Source: Pseudomonadales bacterium (GTDB lineage: Bacteria; Patescibacteriota; Microgenomatia; UBA1400; PJMF01). From it: DNA of 64,000 bases. The position numbers and the translations under genes are program-made. The notes beneath the pieces are model-generated. The model did not search any database, was not told where the DNA came from, and worked only from the letters and a program-made list of their open reading frames with translations. The DNA is taken from positions 13,399 to 77,398 of the forward strand of contig JACKFX010000006.1 in assembly GCA_020632255.1 (NCBI GenBank), in the 5' to 3' direction. Positions 1-9,790 of this stretch are shown here, piece by piece (positions within the stretch are counted from its first letter, which is position 1; each line of letters begins with the position of its first letter).

Positions 1-1052
1 CTGGTTGCATAACGTAGTCTTTGCCTTCAAGGCGCTGCTTACCCTTCTCTTTGGTGCCCTTCCAGCCACCAAACTCGAGGAAATCGGCATACGAAACAAC
101 TTTGGCTTTAATAAATTTCTTTTCAAAGTCTGTATGAATCACGCCTGCCGCTTGGGGAGCCAGCGTGCCTTGCTTAATCGTCCACGCACGTACCTCAACC
201 TCACCAGCAGTTAAGTAGGTTTGCAGACCCAGTTGTTCAAAGGCTTTGGCAATCAGGCGCTCCAACCCACTTTGTTTGAGCCCAAGTTCTTCTAAAAACA
301 GAGCCGCATCTTCATCGGCAAGTGCAGATACTTCGGCTTCAATTTTGGCAGAAATAATCACAATTTGATCGGCATGGACTTCAAGCATATCGGCATATTT
401 TGTCGTGGCTGCAGCTTGCTGGCCAACTTCGGACTCATCAACATTGACCACATAAATGGTTTTTTTCGCCGTAAGCAAACCCAAATCTCGACCAACGGCT
501 TTTTTCTCTGGGGTATCAAGCACATTGGCAACAGGAGTACCTTCTCGGGCTGCAGCTTGCATTTCTTCAATCACACTCCATCTAAAAAGAAGATCTTTGT
601 CTTTGGTGGCTTTAGGAGCCTTTTGTTTTTCGAGCGTAGCTAAATCTGCAAGCAACAACTCTGTTTCGATGGTTTCTTTGTCTGAAAGTGGGTCAACACT
701 ACCCTCACGCAACACCGAGTCATCGGTAAATCCGCGCACGACGTGACAAATTAAATCAACTTCGCGAATGTTGGCTAAAAATTGGTTTCCGAGCCCTTCT
801 CCTTGAGAAGCACCTTTAACCAAACCAGCAATGTCAACAAACTCAACAGTAGCTGGCTTAATGACTGTTGTGCCAACTTTTTCTGCTAAGACAGCTAAAC
901 GTTCATCCGGCACGGGCACAATTCCGGTATTTGGATCGATGGTAGCAAATGGATAGTTGGCAGCCAACGCAACTTGGCGCTTTAGAAGCGCGTTAAAAAG
1001 TGTGGACTTGCCCACATTTGGTAAACCGACGATTCCGACTGAGAGTGACATA
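1..1052 (-). CDS. ychF: Ribosome-binding ATPase YchF (Obg-family GTPase). The 3' end of the gene runs off the window start, so it is partial.
   Basis: The reverse-complement of 1021-1052 reads MSLSVGIVGLPNVGKSTLFNAL with a G1 P-loop. Downstream segments match YchF and the TGS domain (DxxGLVxGAS, VRAW-like). The six-frame track shows no stop because the ORF exits the window. Confidence 0.85.
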
Positions 1053-1095
1053 GATCTGTATTTTACCAGGTTTATGCAAAACTATGGAGACAAAG

Positions 1096-1713
1096 TTACT
1101 GCTTCACAGGCTGTGGAGCTAACTGTGGATTTGACATACTACGTTTTTTCGTCACCCACCACTGGGCAACTTTGAGTGCTACAAACGCACCATTAATCAA
1201 AATAAACTTGGCGTACTCCCCTTCTGCCTTGGCCGCATGAAACGTTGCCAGTGGCAACACCACATACGCAAGCATCTGGACTTTTTTCCAGTTACGTTTG
1301 AGTATACGCTGCGAAAAATTATTTGATGTCAGGCCCAAAATCCACATACCTGATCCTGCAATTGCTCCCCAAATAAGAAATCCCTTTGGATTAAGCACAA
1401 AATCAATCGATAATCCTCGACCTAAAAACATACCCATTGAGTGAGCAAGATACAACCAAAAACTGGCAACACCAATTTCTCTGCGGAACGTCATAGCTTG
1501 AGCTAACAGTGGTTGTACTAGGGGGTGTCTGACTAGTACTGAAACTGGCTTTAAAAATAAATTGGCCGCAACCAGATACACGGCCAGCTCTCCAAACTTC
1601 ACAAAGATACTGTCGGTCGCAAGCGTGACTGCAAAAATGACTAAGCTAAGCGGCAAGAAATAAAAACTAGTAAGCTGAATGAGTTTGCGTTGAGTGGGGG
1701 TGACAGTAATCAT
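1096..1713 (-). CDS. Polytopic membrane protein, ferric-reductase-like transmembrane domain (MsrQ/YedZ-like).
   Basis: 205 aa with about six hydrophobic helices and conserved His residues in the helices. The size and pattern resemble YedZ/MsrQ heme-binding subunits. Confidence 0.45.
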   Translation of the reverse strand: MITVTPTQRKLIQLTSFYFLPLSLVIFAVTLATDSIFVKFGELAVYLVAANLFLKPVSVLVRHPLVQPLLAQAMTFRREIGVASFWLYLAHSMGMFLGRGLSIDFVLNPKGFLIWGAIAGSGMWILGLTSNNFSQRILKRNWKKVQMLAYVVLPLATFHAAKAEGEYAKFILINGAFVALKVAQWWVTKKRSMSNPQLAPQPVKQ

Positions 1714-2015
1714 AACGAGATTAGTGTATCACCACCATTGGGATAAAAAAAAGCCCCCTCTCCACATGGGATCATCGGGGGCTTGGATACTACTTTATTT
1801 GGTTGTTTTAACCGCGCTTTTTTGGGCCCCGCTGCTGCAGCTTCACTTCTACGCTTTGAGAAAGTGCTTGGTGAGCAGTCTGATCGGCCACCTTTCGCGC
1901 AAATTTTTCCAGTTTTTTCCGGGGTTTGCTCGAGAATTAGATGTACCTAATCTCGAGCAAGGATGGGATGATATATCCCTGTCCTCTTATTGACCAATAA
2001 TGGCCTCCTTTGACA
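1676..2015. repeat. Copy A of a tandem duplication: promoter-like box, leader with terminator hairpin, and 5' end of the 1096-1713 gene.
   Basis: Roughly 80% identical to 2241-2585 over two blocks. One block holds the hairpin AAGCCCCC...GGGGGCTT plus a T-tract. The other is the ctcgagcaagGATGGGAT...ttgaccaa...ttgacac box. Confidence 0.8.
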
Positions 2016-2240
2016 CTTTCCGGCCGCTCAATACTACTACAGTGTGTCTACTGTTTCTTCAAAAATGAAGAATGAGTATTGAGGGACTTCGTCAACTGCC
2101 CGTAATCGAGCTAGCATCACTCCTCATTTTTGAGCTCGTGATGCTACTCTGCTTTCATTTCCACCCATTGGGGGTGGTGGTGCTTGAGGGCCTCTATTTT
2201 GGTATTGAGATTGCTAAGGCAGAACATAAAAGCTCGCGAG

Positions 2241-2585
2241 CTGAATAAGTTTACGTTGAGTGGGGGTGATAGTTATCATAGCCAGGTTAGTGTATCACCA
2301 CTGTGAAAACAAAAAAAGAAGCCTCCTGTCATTAACTGACTGGGGGCTTGGGTACTACTATTTGGTTGTTTACCGCGCTTTTTTAGCCCCGCTAATGTCG
2401 ATTATAGGAATCACTGCAGAAAACTTCCTGAGGAATCCAAATTGGACTGGGTCTGTCGAGCTCTGTAGCGCATTTTACTTGATTTTTTGGTTTTTGCTCT
2501 TAACATAGTTTAATACCTATTCTCGAGCAAGAATGGGATGAAACATCCCGATCCTTTTGTTGACCAAATTTTGACTTCCTTTGAC
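2241..2585. repeat. Copy B of the tandem duplication. It carries a degenerate pseudo-N-terminus of the membrane protein gene.
   Basis: The minus strand of 2230-2283 encodes MITITPTQRKLIQLASFYVLP, compared with MITVTPTQRKLIQLTSFYFLP in the intact gene. Beyond that point the copy diverges. Flanking conserved blocks are the same as in copy A. Confidence 0.75.
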
Positions 2586-2910
2586 ACAAACCTTGATGGC
2601 GAAAAATCAGTATCTCTTTGCGATGCGTCCTTCGCTCCTCTGCTGGCGCTTGAGCCAGGTGAGGATAGATACTAATTTACAGTCGCTGCCTTTTTTTGAT
2701 CTTTGCCACTATTCATCTAGAACTCGCAACAAAGATCAGTGGTGCATTTTTCCCACCCACTTTCAGCCGAGGTGGTGGCGCTTGCGGGCTCTAAATAACT
2801 TTGGGTCGCTACTCCATAGCCATCTAGCAAACAACCAATTCGAACCACGTATATTCGAGATATACATGATATTGCTTGTATTTTGCTATGAAAAATAACC
2901 TTCAGTTAGA

Positions 2911-3969
2911 CTAGTTTTGCTCTAGTAGAATGGTTTTCCCAGTGCCCTCTAAGTAAATGGGAATTTCCTTTGTGGTTATAATAGAGCCTTCGAAGTTGAC
3001 TTCCAAAAGCAAACCATTCCTAACTGCAGGCTCAAAATACTGGTCAAAGACAAAATTACCCAGCGAGTAGTAAATTGGCGCGCCGGCCACTGTTTCAGAC
3101 TGCTGGATGACATGTGGATGAGAGCCGATGACGATGTCTGCGCCTGCGGACACGAGCCGGCGCGCCAAGCCTTGGTACCGCTCAGACGCTTGTTTTTGGT
3201 ACTCTACCCCCCAATGGGTGTAGACAACAACATAGTCAAACTCACCTGCTTGCACTCGTGTATGCAATTCTTCGACTAACTCATCCTCATCACTCCATAA
3301 AAATTCATTGAAATTCACAAACAAAAACTTCTTCTTCTTAATAGAAAGCTCTAAAAAAGAGTCCTCAAGCCAAGTCTCACCACCGGTGTTTCCCCAATAC
3401 GCAACACCAGCTTCATTTAAAAACTGCTGTGTCTGCAACAAACCCTCAGGACCGAAATTTAAAATATGGTTGTTTCCGAGATTTACCGCAACAAAGTTAA
3501 GCTGTTTCAAAACCGGAGCTACCTGTGGGCTAAACGTAAACAAATAATTGTTCGTACTGCCTACGACAGACCCCACACTCACCGAGTCAAACTCGGTAAT
3601 TGGTCCCTCCAAATTTGCAATTACCCCATCACTAGCTAAAAATAATTCCTTAAGCGGTTCGTCAAAAACTCCCTGATACCCTCCTAAAAAACTACTTTGC
3701 TGACGAATGTGCCGATCAAATTGAAGATCACCCCCAAAGAGCAAAGTAATTGATTCGTCTTCCACTGCGTCAGCTACTTCACCCTCTTGAGTTTCAGGCA
3801 CTTTAAGAACAGGTTCTGGCAAAATTTCAACATTTCCCTGTTTCGGCAGCTGTTCTTGCACATACGAAATACCAAGAACACCAAGTGCAATCAAAATGAT
3901 GCAAATAAGAAGCCAATATCTTGGCTGAGCTTGAGCAATTTTATGGTGTAGCATGTTTTGCGCATACAT
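2911..3969 (-). CDS. capA: CapA-family poly-gamma-glutamate/capsule biosynthesis protein (metallophosphatase fold).
   Basis: Motifs GGDLQFDR, GNNHILNFG, YTHWGVEY, GSHPHV and YSLGNFVFDQ are typical of the PGA_cap/CapA family. It has an N-terminal TM anchor. Its 5' end overlaps the 3' end of the upstream regulator gene. Confidence 0.8.
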   Translation of the reverse strand: MYAQNMLHHKIAQAQPRYWLLICIILIALGVLGISYVQEQLPKQGNVEILPEPVLKVPETQEGEVADAVEDESITLLFGGDLQFDRHIRQQSSFLGGYQGVFDEPLKELFLASDGVIANLEGPITEFDSVSVGSVVGSTNNYLFTFSPQVAPVLKQLNFVAVNLGNNHILNFGPEGLLQTQQFLNEAGVAYWGNTGGETWLEDSFLELSIKKKKFLFVNFNEFLWSDEDELVEELHTRVQAGEFDYVVVYTHWGVEYQKQASERYQGLARRLVSAGADIVIGSHPHVIQQSETVAGAPIYYSLGNFVFDQYFEPAVRNGLLLEVNFEGSIITTKEIPIYLEGTGKTILLEQN

Positions 3970-4354
3970 CACACAGACCAAATATGGTCACGTGGTGATG
4001 CTCTGCAGTATACCCCTTAGGCATTTTTGAGTAGTCTAATTGACACTCAAATGTCTGAATTTTATCACACTGCCGACACACAAAGTGATCGTGGTGATGG
4101 TGGTCAGTATGACGAAGCTCGTAGTACACCTTATCGGTACCAAAGCTATGGCGGCAGACCTGCTGGTCCTCAACCATTTTTTCGATACTGCGGTACACGC
4201 TCGATTTATTAAACGAACGCCCTTGTTTCTCTAACAGCGTCATCAACTCTGGCACCCCAGCGTAGTGCTTTTCCTCGAGTATCGAAGTAATTAGATCTTT
4301 AAGATTTCGCTTTTTGACTGCAGTTTTATGCAACCTGTTTCTAAGAATTCCCAT
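3941..4354 (-). CDS. zur: Fur-family metalloregulator, probably the zinc uptake regulator Zur.
   Basis: 137 aa with an N-terminal winged-helix and C-terminal HHHDH...CxxC...C metal sites. It sits last in a znuA-znuC-znuB operon. Confidence 0.75.
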   Translation of the reverse strand: MGILRNRLHKTAVKKRNLKDLITSILEEKHYAGVPELMTLLEKQGRSFNKSSVYRSIEKMVEDQQVCRHSFGTDKVYYELRHTDHHHHDHFVCRQCDKIQTFECQLDYSKMPKGYTAEHHHVTIFGLCDVCAKHATP

Positions 4355-4355
4355 A

Positions 4356-5192
4356 CTATACTCCTACTCTATCTCGTATTTTTTTGAAAATGACACTCAC
4401 CACAAATATACACCCTGCAAACACAGCAATCACTGCACCTGTTGGTAAATCAAAGCCAACCGAGAGCACGATTCCTCCGAGAACAGAAATCAGCGACACA
4501 ACGGGAGTCAAGAAAAATAATTGCTTGAGCGACCTGGCATGCAAACTAACCACTAACGGTGGAATAATCAAAAAAGCATTAATCAGCACTACTCCTACCA
4601 ACCGTACACCAGATACTACCGTCAAAGCTAACAAAAAGTGGTAAACCAATTCATACACTGGAATATTCAAACCAAGCAATCGAGCCTGATTTTCGTCCAA
4701 AGAAACCAACAGCAACTTCTTTGCCAACAGGGGCAACAAAATAACTACAACAGCCGCTAAACCAAGTAAAAAGAACATGTCGGTTTGGGTCACCGATAAC
4801 AAATTTCCAAACAAAAAACTCAGTAAGTTTGGCTGGTAACCAGGCAAAAGCGAAAATGCGATCACACCCAAACCCATTGAAACTGGTAGTAATAATGCTA
4901 GTAGTGAATCAAAAGAAAACCCTGTCTGTTTACGCAACCATGGCAATAACAGAGACAAAGCTACCGCGTACACGGCCGCCGAAAACAATGGATCCACAGA
5001 GAAAAACAACCCTATTGCCACTCCTGCCAGAGCAGAATGAGCAACTGCATCTCCAAAAAAAGCGGCTTTCCGAATTGAGGTAAACACACCTACAATTCCA
5101 GCCAACAATGCCAGCAACACACCAGCAAGCAACGCTCGCTGAAAAAATGAGAAAGCCAGTAAATCAATGAATTCTTGTACTACTTCTGTCAT
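4356..5192 (-). CDS. znuB: Metal (Zn/Mn) ABC transporter permease, ABC-3 family.
   Basis: 278 aa, about 8 TM helices, typical ZnuB/TroCD hydrophobic pattern. It is adjacent to znuC and znuA. Confidence 0.8.
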   Translation of the reverse strand: MTEVVQEFIDLLAFSFFQRALLAGVLLALLAGIVGVFTSIRKAAFFGDAVAHSALAGVAIGLFFSVDPLFSAAVYAVALSLLLPWLRKQTGFSFDSLLALLLPVSMGLGVIAFSLLPGYQPNLLSFLFGNLLSVTQTDMFFLLGLAAVVVILLPLLAKKLLLVSLDENQARLLGLNIPVYELVYHFLLALTVVSGVRLVGVVLINAFLIIPPLVVSLHARSLKQLFFLTPVVSLISVLGGIVLSVGFDLPTGAVIAVFAGCIFVVSVIFKKIRDRVGV

Positions 5193-5203
5193 ATCCCTCT
5201 GCC

Positions 5204-5989
5204 TTACTCATGATTTCCATGATGATGATCATGGTGGTGATCATGGCCATACATTGTCATGCCGTCCCCATATAATTGCTTAAACGTTGATTGATTCAGA
5301 ACCTGGCTAGGAGCGCCACTACAAACCAAAGTATTTTTGACACAAAACACAGTATCAGCAAATTTCCGTACTAAACCAATCTCGTGAGATGCTAATAAAA
5401 CCGTTACTTTCTGATCTTTTGCCAGCTTCTGCAACAAATCATACATAATTAACTCACCCTCAGCATCAACCCCAGCTTCAGGTTCATCAAGTAACAATAC
5501 TTCAGGTTCATGTACCAAAGCCCGAGCCAGCAACAACCGCTGTACCTGTCCGCCCGATAAATCACCAACCTTCTCAAAGCGTTTCAAACTCAGATCAACT
5601 TGTTCTAACACAGAAACAATCATCCGATTCTTTTCTGCTTTTGTGTGCGAACACGTCACGAGCGCTAACTCAAGAAACTCAGAAACCGTCATTGGCACTG
5701 ACTTATCAATTGGATACCGCTGTGGCACATACCCAACGTGATTTTGAAGCGATGTGAGCGGCTGACCTGCAAATTGAACTTCTCCAACAAACTCTACCAA
5801 GCCAAGCATGGCCTTCATCACTGTTGACTTCCCAGATCCGTTTGGTCCAAGCAGTACGCCAATTTTCCCACGGTCGAGTGAAAATGAAACGTTGCGAACA
5901 ACACTTTCATTTTCATTTGGGTACCTAACCGTCAGCTGCGAAACAGAAATCGCTGGTGACCGGTTGGTTTTTGATTGTGTAGTGGCCAT
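5204..5989 (-). CDS. znuC: Metal ABC transporter ATP-binding protein with a C-terminal His-rich tail.
   Basis: Walker A GPNGSGKST, signature LSGGQ and Walker B LLLDEP. The C-terminus is HDHHHDHHHGNHE. Confidence 0.85.
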   Translation of the reverse strand: MATTQSKTNRSPAISVSQLTVRYPNENESVVRNVSFSLDRGKIGVLLGPNGSGKSTVMKAMLGLVEFVGEVQFAGQPLTSLQNHVGYVPQRYPIDKSVPMTVSEFLELALVTCSHTKAEKNRMIVSVLEQVDLSLKRFEKVGDLSGGQVQRLLLARALVHEPEVLLLDEPEAGVDAEGELIMYDLLQKLAKDQKVTVLLASHEIGLVRKFADTVFCVKNTLVCSGAPSQVLNQSTFKQLYGDGMTMYGHDHHHDHHHGNHE

Positions 5990-5994
5990 AGTAA

Positions 5995-6981
5995 TTAAAA
6001 TGATTCTGAAAGTTGAGTTGCAAAGTGCTCTAAGTTGGCATAATAGTCTGCTGCAAGCGGATCAACATACTCAACTGTAACTCCAAGTTCTGCTGCGACA
6101 GACTCTGCAGTACGAGTGGCAAACTGTTTTTCGAGGAAAATTGCTCCCACTCGATCATCGCTTGCGGTTGAAATCTGCTCTTTAAGTTGTGAGGCTGATG
6201 GCTCTTTACCCTCAACTTCTATATGAACCTGCTTCAAATTAAAATCTCGAGCAAAATAAGAGTAGGCTGGGTGATACACCACAAAGGTACGTCCCCAGTG
6301 CCTGTCAAGTTTTTCGTGCAAAGTTGCAATTAATTGCTCGAGTTTGTTTACCACAACTACAGCATTATCTACATAATACTGAGTATTTGCCTCGTCGACC
6401 TCTTTAAGGGCAAGGACAATTGAAGGTAATTGACGAATTACTAACTCAGGAGATAGCCAAGTATGTGGATCCATATACTCACTTTCATGACCGTGGTCAT
6501 GCTCTTCCTCACCTTCGTGCATCTGTTCATCTTCAGTATCCTCTTCTTCCTCGTGAGCATGAGCATCTTCCCCTTCTTCCTCATCACCATGGCTGTGCTC
6601 CACAAACGGCATCAGTTCTGACTCAGTCAGCGCATCATTGAGGTGAATAATTTTTTGATCAGGGTTATTTTCAATCAAAGTCTGTTCAATTTTATCTTCG
6701 AACGAAAAATCTCCGTTAAAAATAACTACATCAGCATCGCTCAGACGTTTCATTTCTTGAGGGGATGGCTCGTATGTTTCTGGACTGTAACCGGCAGGCA
6801 CAACACTAAAAACGCTGCCTTTATCGCCCACAATTTCTGAAACAAGCCCTTCATATGGCGGGATACTCACCGCAACTTCAAGACCTGTCTCACTGGGCTT
6901 TTGAGACAACGTACAAGCCGACAACAAGAGACCTGAAAAAATAACTGCTACAAATAAAAGGAATGTGTGTTTTAGTCTCAT
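5995..6981 (-). CDS. znuA: Metal ABC transporter substrate-binding lipoprotein (ZnuA/TroA family) with an acidic His-rich loop.
   Basis: Lipoprotein signal ...LLLSAC. The HSHGDEEEGEDAHAHEEEE...HDHGHE loop is typical of ZnuA. An alternative GTG start at 7002 is possible. Confidence 0.85.
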   Translation of the reverse strand: MRLKHTFLLFVAVIFSGLLLSACTLSQKPSETGLEVAVSIPPYEGLVSEIVGDKGSVFSVVPAGYSPETYEPSPQEMKRLSDADVVIFNGDFSFEDKIEQTLIENNPDQKIIHLNDALTESELMPFVEHSHGDEEEGEDAHAHEEEEDTEDEQMHEGEEEHDHGHESEYMDPHTWLSPELVIRQLPSIVLALKEVDEANTQYYVDNAVVVVNKLEQLIATLHEKLDRHWGRTFVVYHPAYSYFARDFNLKQVHIEVEGKEPSASQLKEQISTASDDRVGAIFLEKQFATRTAESVAAELGVTVEYVDPLAADYYANLEHFATQLSESF

Positions 6982-7015
6982 AGTAGCGGTACTGTACCAC
7001 ACCCCCTCAAATAAA

Positions 7016-7028
7016 GCAACATTGTTGC
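7016..7028. promoter_or_regulatory. Candidate Zur/Fur-type operator (palindrome) immediately upstream of znuA.
   Basis: GCAACAtTGTTGC is a 6-1-6 inverted repeat in the 30-nt gap upstream of the znuA start. Confidence 0.35.
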
Positions 7029-7035
7029 AATAGTA

Positions 7036-7227
7036 CTATTCCCGTGAAGGAATTAAAATCCAACACAAAAGGTACGGAATTAAACCTGGCAAACCACCGG
7101 GGAGTAACAGCAATACCCAGACAATTCGTACCAACGTCACATCAACCTTAAAGTAGTTTGCAAACGCTGCTGCAACGCCTAAGAAAACTTTGTTATTTTT
7201 TGGGATTTCCAATTTTCTGTGTGCCAT
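7036..7227 (-). CDS. PspC-domain small membrane protein.
   Basis: 63 aa, KVFLGVAAAFANYFKVDVTLVRIVWVLLLL...LIPYLLCWILIP matches the PspC domain pattern. Confidence 0.6.
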   Translation of the reverse strand: MAHRKLEIPKNNKVFLGVAAAFANYFKVDVTLVRIVWVLLLLPGGLPGLIPYLLCWILIPSRE

Positions 7228-7332
7228 AACGTATATAGTATCGCAAGAAAGCAGGTCTCTCGCAAGCCACTGTTTTCTTAAGATCTGTTTCTTGGGATCT
7301 GGAATTCAGAGAAAATATCGTATAATGCTACT

Positions 7333-8184
7333 ATGCACATCAAGAAAGCTCTCATCACGGCAGCCGGACTCGGCACTCGGTTCCTGCCTATCACCAAAAC
7401 TCTCGAAAAGGAAATGCTCCCTGTCTACAACAAACCCGTTATTGATTATCTGGTTGATGACTGCATTGCTGGTGGCATCAGTGAGTTTGTTGTGGTAGTT
7501 AATCAAATGAGTACTCAAGTTGAAGAGTACTTCAGTCCCAAACCACAACTGATAGCACATCTCAAAAATCTAGGCAAACATAAAGCGGCAGAACAACTTG
7601 ACCATCTTCACGAAAAAGCCATCTTTACATTTTTAGTCCAAGACCCTTCACTAGGGTATGGAACGGCTGTTCCCCTTTTGACTGCCAAAGATCACCTCGT
7701 AGATGAAGATGCTTTTTTAGTCTTGATGGGAGATGATTTTTTGTATAACGGCGAACGCTTTAGTGAAACCAACGTGATGGTTAACCATTTTCTTGAGGCC
7801 CACAAAGAAACCGATGCTCAAGGATTAGTTACCTGTATTGAGCGGCCTGAAAGCGATCTCCACAAATATGGTATCGCCAAAGTTCACACCCAAAAGGGAC
7901 TTGCCTACCTCGATACTTTAGTCGAAAAACCTGCTCCAGGAACTGCGCCATCTAGCTTGGCAAACATTAGCAAATATATTTTTACTCCAACCGTGTTTGA
8001 AATTGTACAATCCCAAGTGCCAAATGCTACATCTGGCGAACTCTATATCACCGATACTGCTACCCTACTTGCAAAGCAAGCTCCTGTGACAATCTACACC
8101 CCACAAAGTGAGTATCTTGACTGTGGAACACCAGATTCCTGGCATCGAGCTAACGTTGTAGTTGCTAAATCTAAACTTTCTTAA
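7333..8184 (+). CDS. galU: UTP--glucose-1-phosphate uridylyltransferase (GalU-type sugar nucleotidyltransferase).
   Basis: N-terminal AAGLGTRFLPITK motif, 283 aa. Confidence 0.8.
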   Translation: MHIKKALITAAGLGTRFLPITKTLEKEMLPVYNKPVIDYLVDDCIAGGISEFVVVVNQMSTQVEEYFSPKPQLIAHLKNLGKHKAAEQLDHLHEKAIFTFLVQDPSLGYGTAVPLLTAKDHLVDEDAFLVLMGDDFLYNGERFSETNVMVNHFLEAHKETDAQGLVTCIERPESDLHKYGIAKVHTQKGLAYLDTLVEKPAPGTAPSSLANISKYIFTPTVFEIVQSQVPNATSGELYITDTATLLAKQAPVTIYTPQSEYLDCGTPDSWHRANVVVAKSKLS

Positions 8185-9592
8185 CTACCTGACCATCAGC
8201 AGTATCTTCAACGCTGTATCCTTTTTGAGCAATTTCGTCTCTCAGCCGATCGGACTCCTGCCAATCTTTGTTATTTCGAGCTACCTCACGTTGAGTCATC
8301 AACGCAGAAACGCCATCTGGGATATCTCTTGGTTTGTTTCGATACTCTTCTACAAGTGCCGAAAAATCAAACCCAAGAATCTTATCCATTTCTTGTAGCA
8401 CTGTTTTCATCTCTGCAGCTGAAAGTCCAAATTTAACCATTTCCCAGAGCACCGCAACAGCAGTCGCAGTATTCAAATCATCGGCGATGGCATTTTCAAA
8501 ACGGGTCATAAACAACTTGGCTTCACTAGAAAGTGCAGTGCGCTCAACCAACTCAGCGTCCCAAACTGCGTCTAAGTGACCAATCAACTTATCAAGCGCT
8601 TTCTGCGTTCCTGCGAGCGTATTCCAAGTAAAATTAAGTTCACTCCTGTAGTGAGAACCCAAAAAAAGTAGCCGAAGTGCCTTTGGCTGATAGCCACGCT
8701 TGATCACGTCATCAATAGTGTAGAAATTTCCCAAAGACTTACTCATCTTCTCGCCCTCAATTCGGAGGAAGTTGTGGTGCACCCAATAGTGCACAAAAGG
8801 AACTTCGCCTGTAGCTGCCTCAGCTTGGGCGATCTCATTTGTGTGATGCACTGGAATGTGGTCAATGCCACCCGTGTGAATATCAATTGAATTACCAAGA
8901 TACTTCATGCTCATGGCACTACACTCGACATGCCAGCCTGGGAAGCTGCGCTCGTGCCAAGGGCTTGGCCAAACCATAGCCCGGTTTTCACCTTCGCGCT
9001 CGAATTTCCAAAGCGCGAAATCCGTAGGATTTCGCTTCCCAGCAATCATCTCTACGCGGGCACCTTCCTTTAATTTTTCAATATCAAGACGAGCCAACTT
9101 GCCATAATCATCAAGTTTGGAAGTGTCAAAATAGACTCCATCGCCTTTAATTACGTAGGTATACCCTTTTTCCTCAAGGGTCTTTACCATCTCAAGTTGT
9201 TCATCAATGTGCTCGGTGGCACGGCATGACACATCAGGGCGGAGATTGCCCATCTTGTCCATACTCATAAAGAAGTAGTCTTCAAACTTGTGGGCAATGT
9301 CGTATACAGACTCGCCATACTTTTTGGCCCCTTTTTCAAGCTTATCCTCACCTTCATCGGCATCAGAAGCAAGGTGGCCAACGTCGGTAACATTCTGCAC
9401 AAACTCAACTTCGTACCCAGCATAGCGCAGCGCACGAATCAGCACATCATCCATGGTATATTTGCGAAGATGTCCAAGGTGAGTGAAATCATACACCGTT
9501 AATCCACACGCATAGAGACTCACCTTTGGTGGGTGTTGTGGTTCAAACGCCTCCACGGAGCGACTCATGGTGTTATACAGGTTCATGTTCAT
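8171..9592 (-). CDS. cysS: Cysteine--tRNA ligase.
   Basis: HLGH (HIGH) and KMSKSLGN motifs, with zinc-binding Cys residues. The start is taken at MNMNLYNT; the ORF could extend to 9616. Confidence 0.9.
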   Translation of the reverse strand: MNMNLYNTMSRSVEAFEPQHPPKVSLYACGLTVYDFTHLGHLRKYTMDDVLIRALRYAGYEVEFVQNVTDVGHLASDADEGEDKLEKGAKKYGESVYDIAHKFEDYFFMSMDKMGNLRPDVSCRATEHIDEQLEMVKTLEEKGYTYVIKGDGVYFDTSKLDDYGKLARLDIEKLKEGARVEMIAGKRNPTDFALWKFEREGENRAMVWPSPWHERSFPGWHVECSAMSMKYLGNSIDIHTGGIDHIPVHHTNEIAQAEAATGEVPFVHYWVHHNFLRIEGEKMSKSLGNFYTIDDVIKRGYQPKALRLLFLGSHYRSELNFTWNTLAGTQKALDKLIGHLDAVWDAELVERTALSSEAKLFMTRFENAIADDLNTATAVAVLWEMVKFGLSAAEMKTVLQEMDKILGFDFSALVEEYRNKPRDIPDGVSALMTQREVARNNKDWQESDRLRDEIAQKGYSVEDTADGQVVKKV

Positions 9593-9665
9593 AGTTTTGC
9601 TTTCTGATGTGTGCACTTCTGGTTATAAATCAAGGACGGGCTCCCCTTCAAGATACAAAAAAACC

Positions 9666-9690
9666 GACTTGGAGTCGGTCTGGCACACGA
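9666..9690 (-). terminator. Rho-independent terminator after the Q-rich gene.
   Basis: Minus strand reads CCGACTCCAAGTCGG followed by TTTTTTTG. Confidence 0.5.
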
Positions 9691-9790
9691 AAAACTCTCC
9701 AAGTAGGTTCTACTTGAGATTGCAACAACAAGTTGTGTGTGTTTTTAAATGCATAGGTGCAGTATACCAAACTTTTTCGAGAAAAGTCTC

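Noticed and set aside
1694-2898. Plus-strand ORFs 1694-1993, 2260-2508 and 2581-2898 as protein-coding genes
   Set aside because: They lie in the duplicated promoter/leader region. The two 'homologous' ORFs diverge by indels that break the frame, and their N-termini are simply the antisense of the membrane-protein start. They have no RBS and no motifs.
7291-7335. Leaderless-mRNA promoter for galU (TATAAT ending 6 nt before the ATG)
   Set aside because: No acceptable -35 box lies at 16-18 bp spacing, so the promoter assignment is weak. A conventional upstream promoter with a short leader is equally possible.
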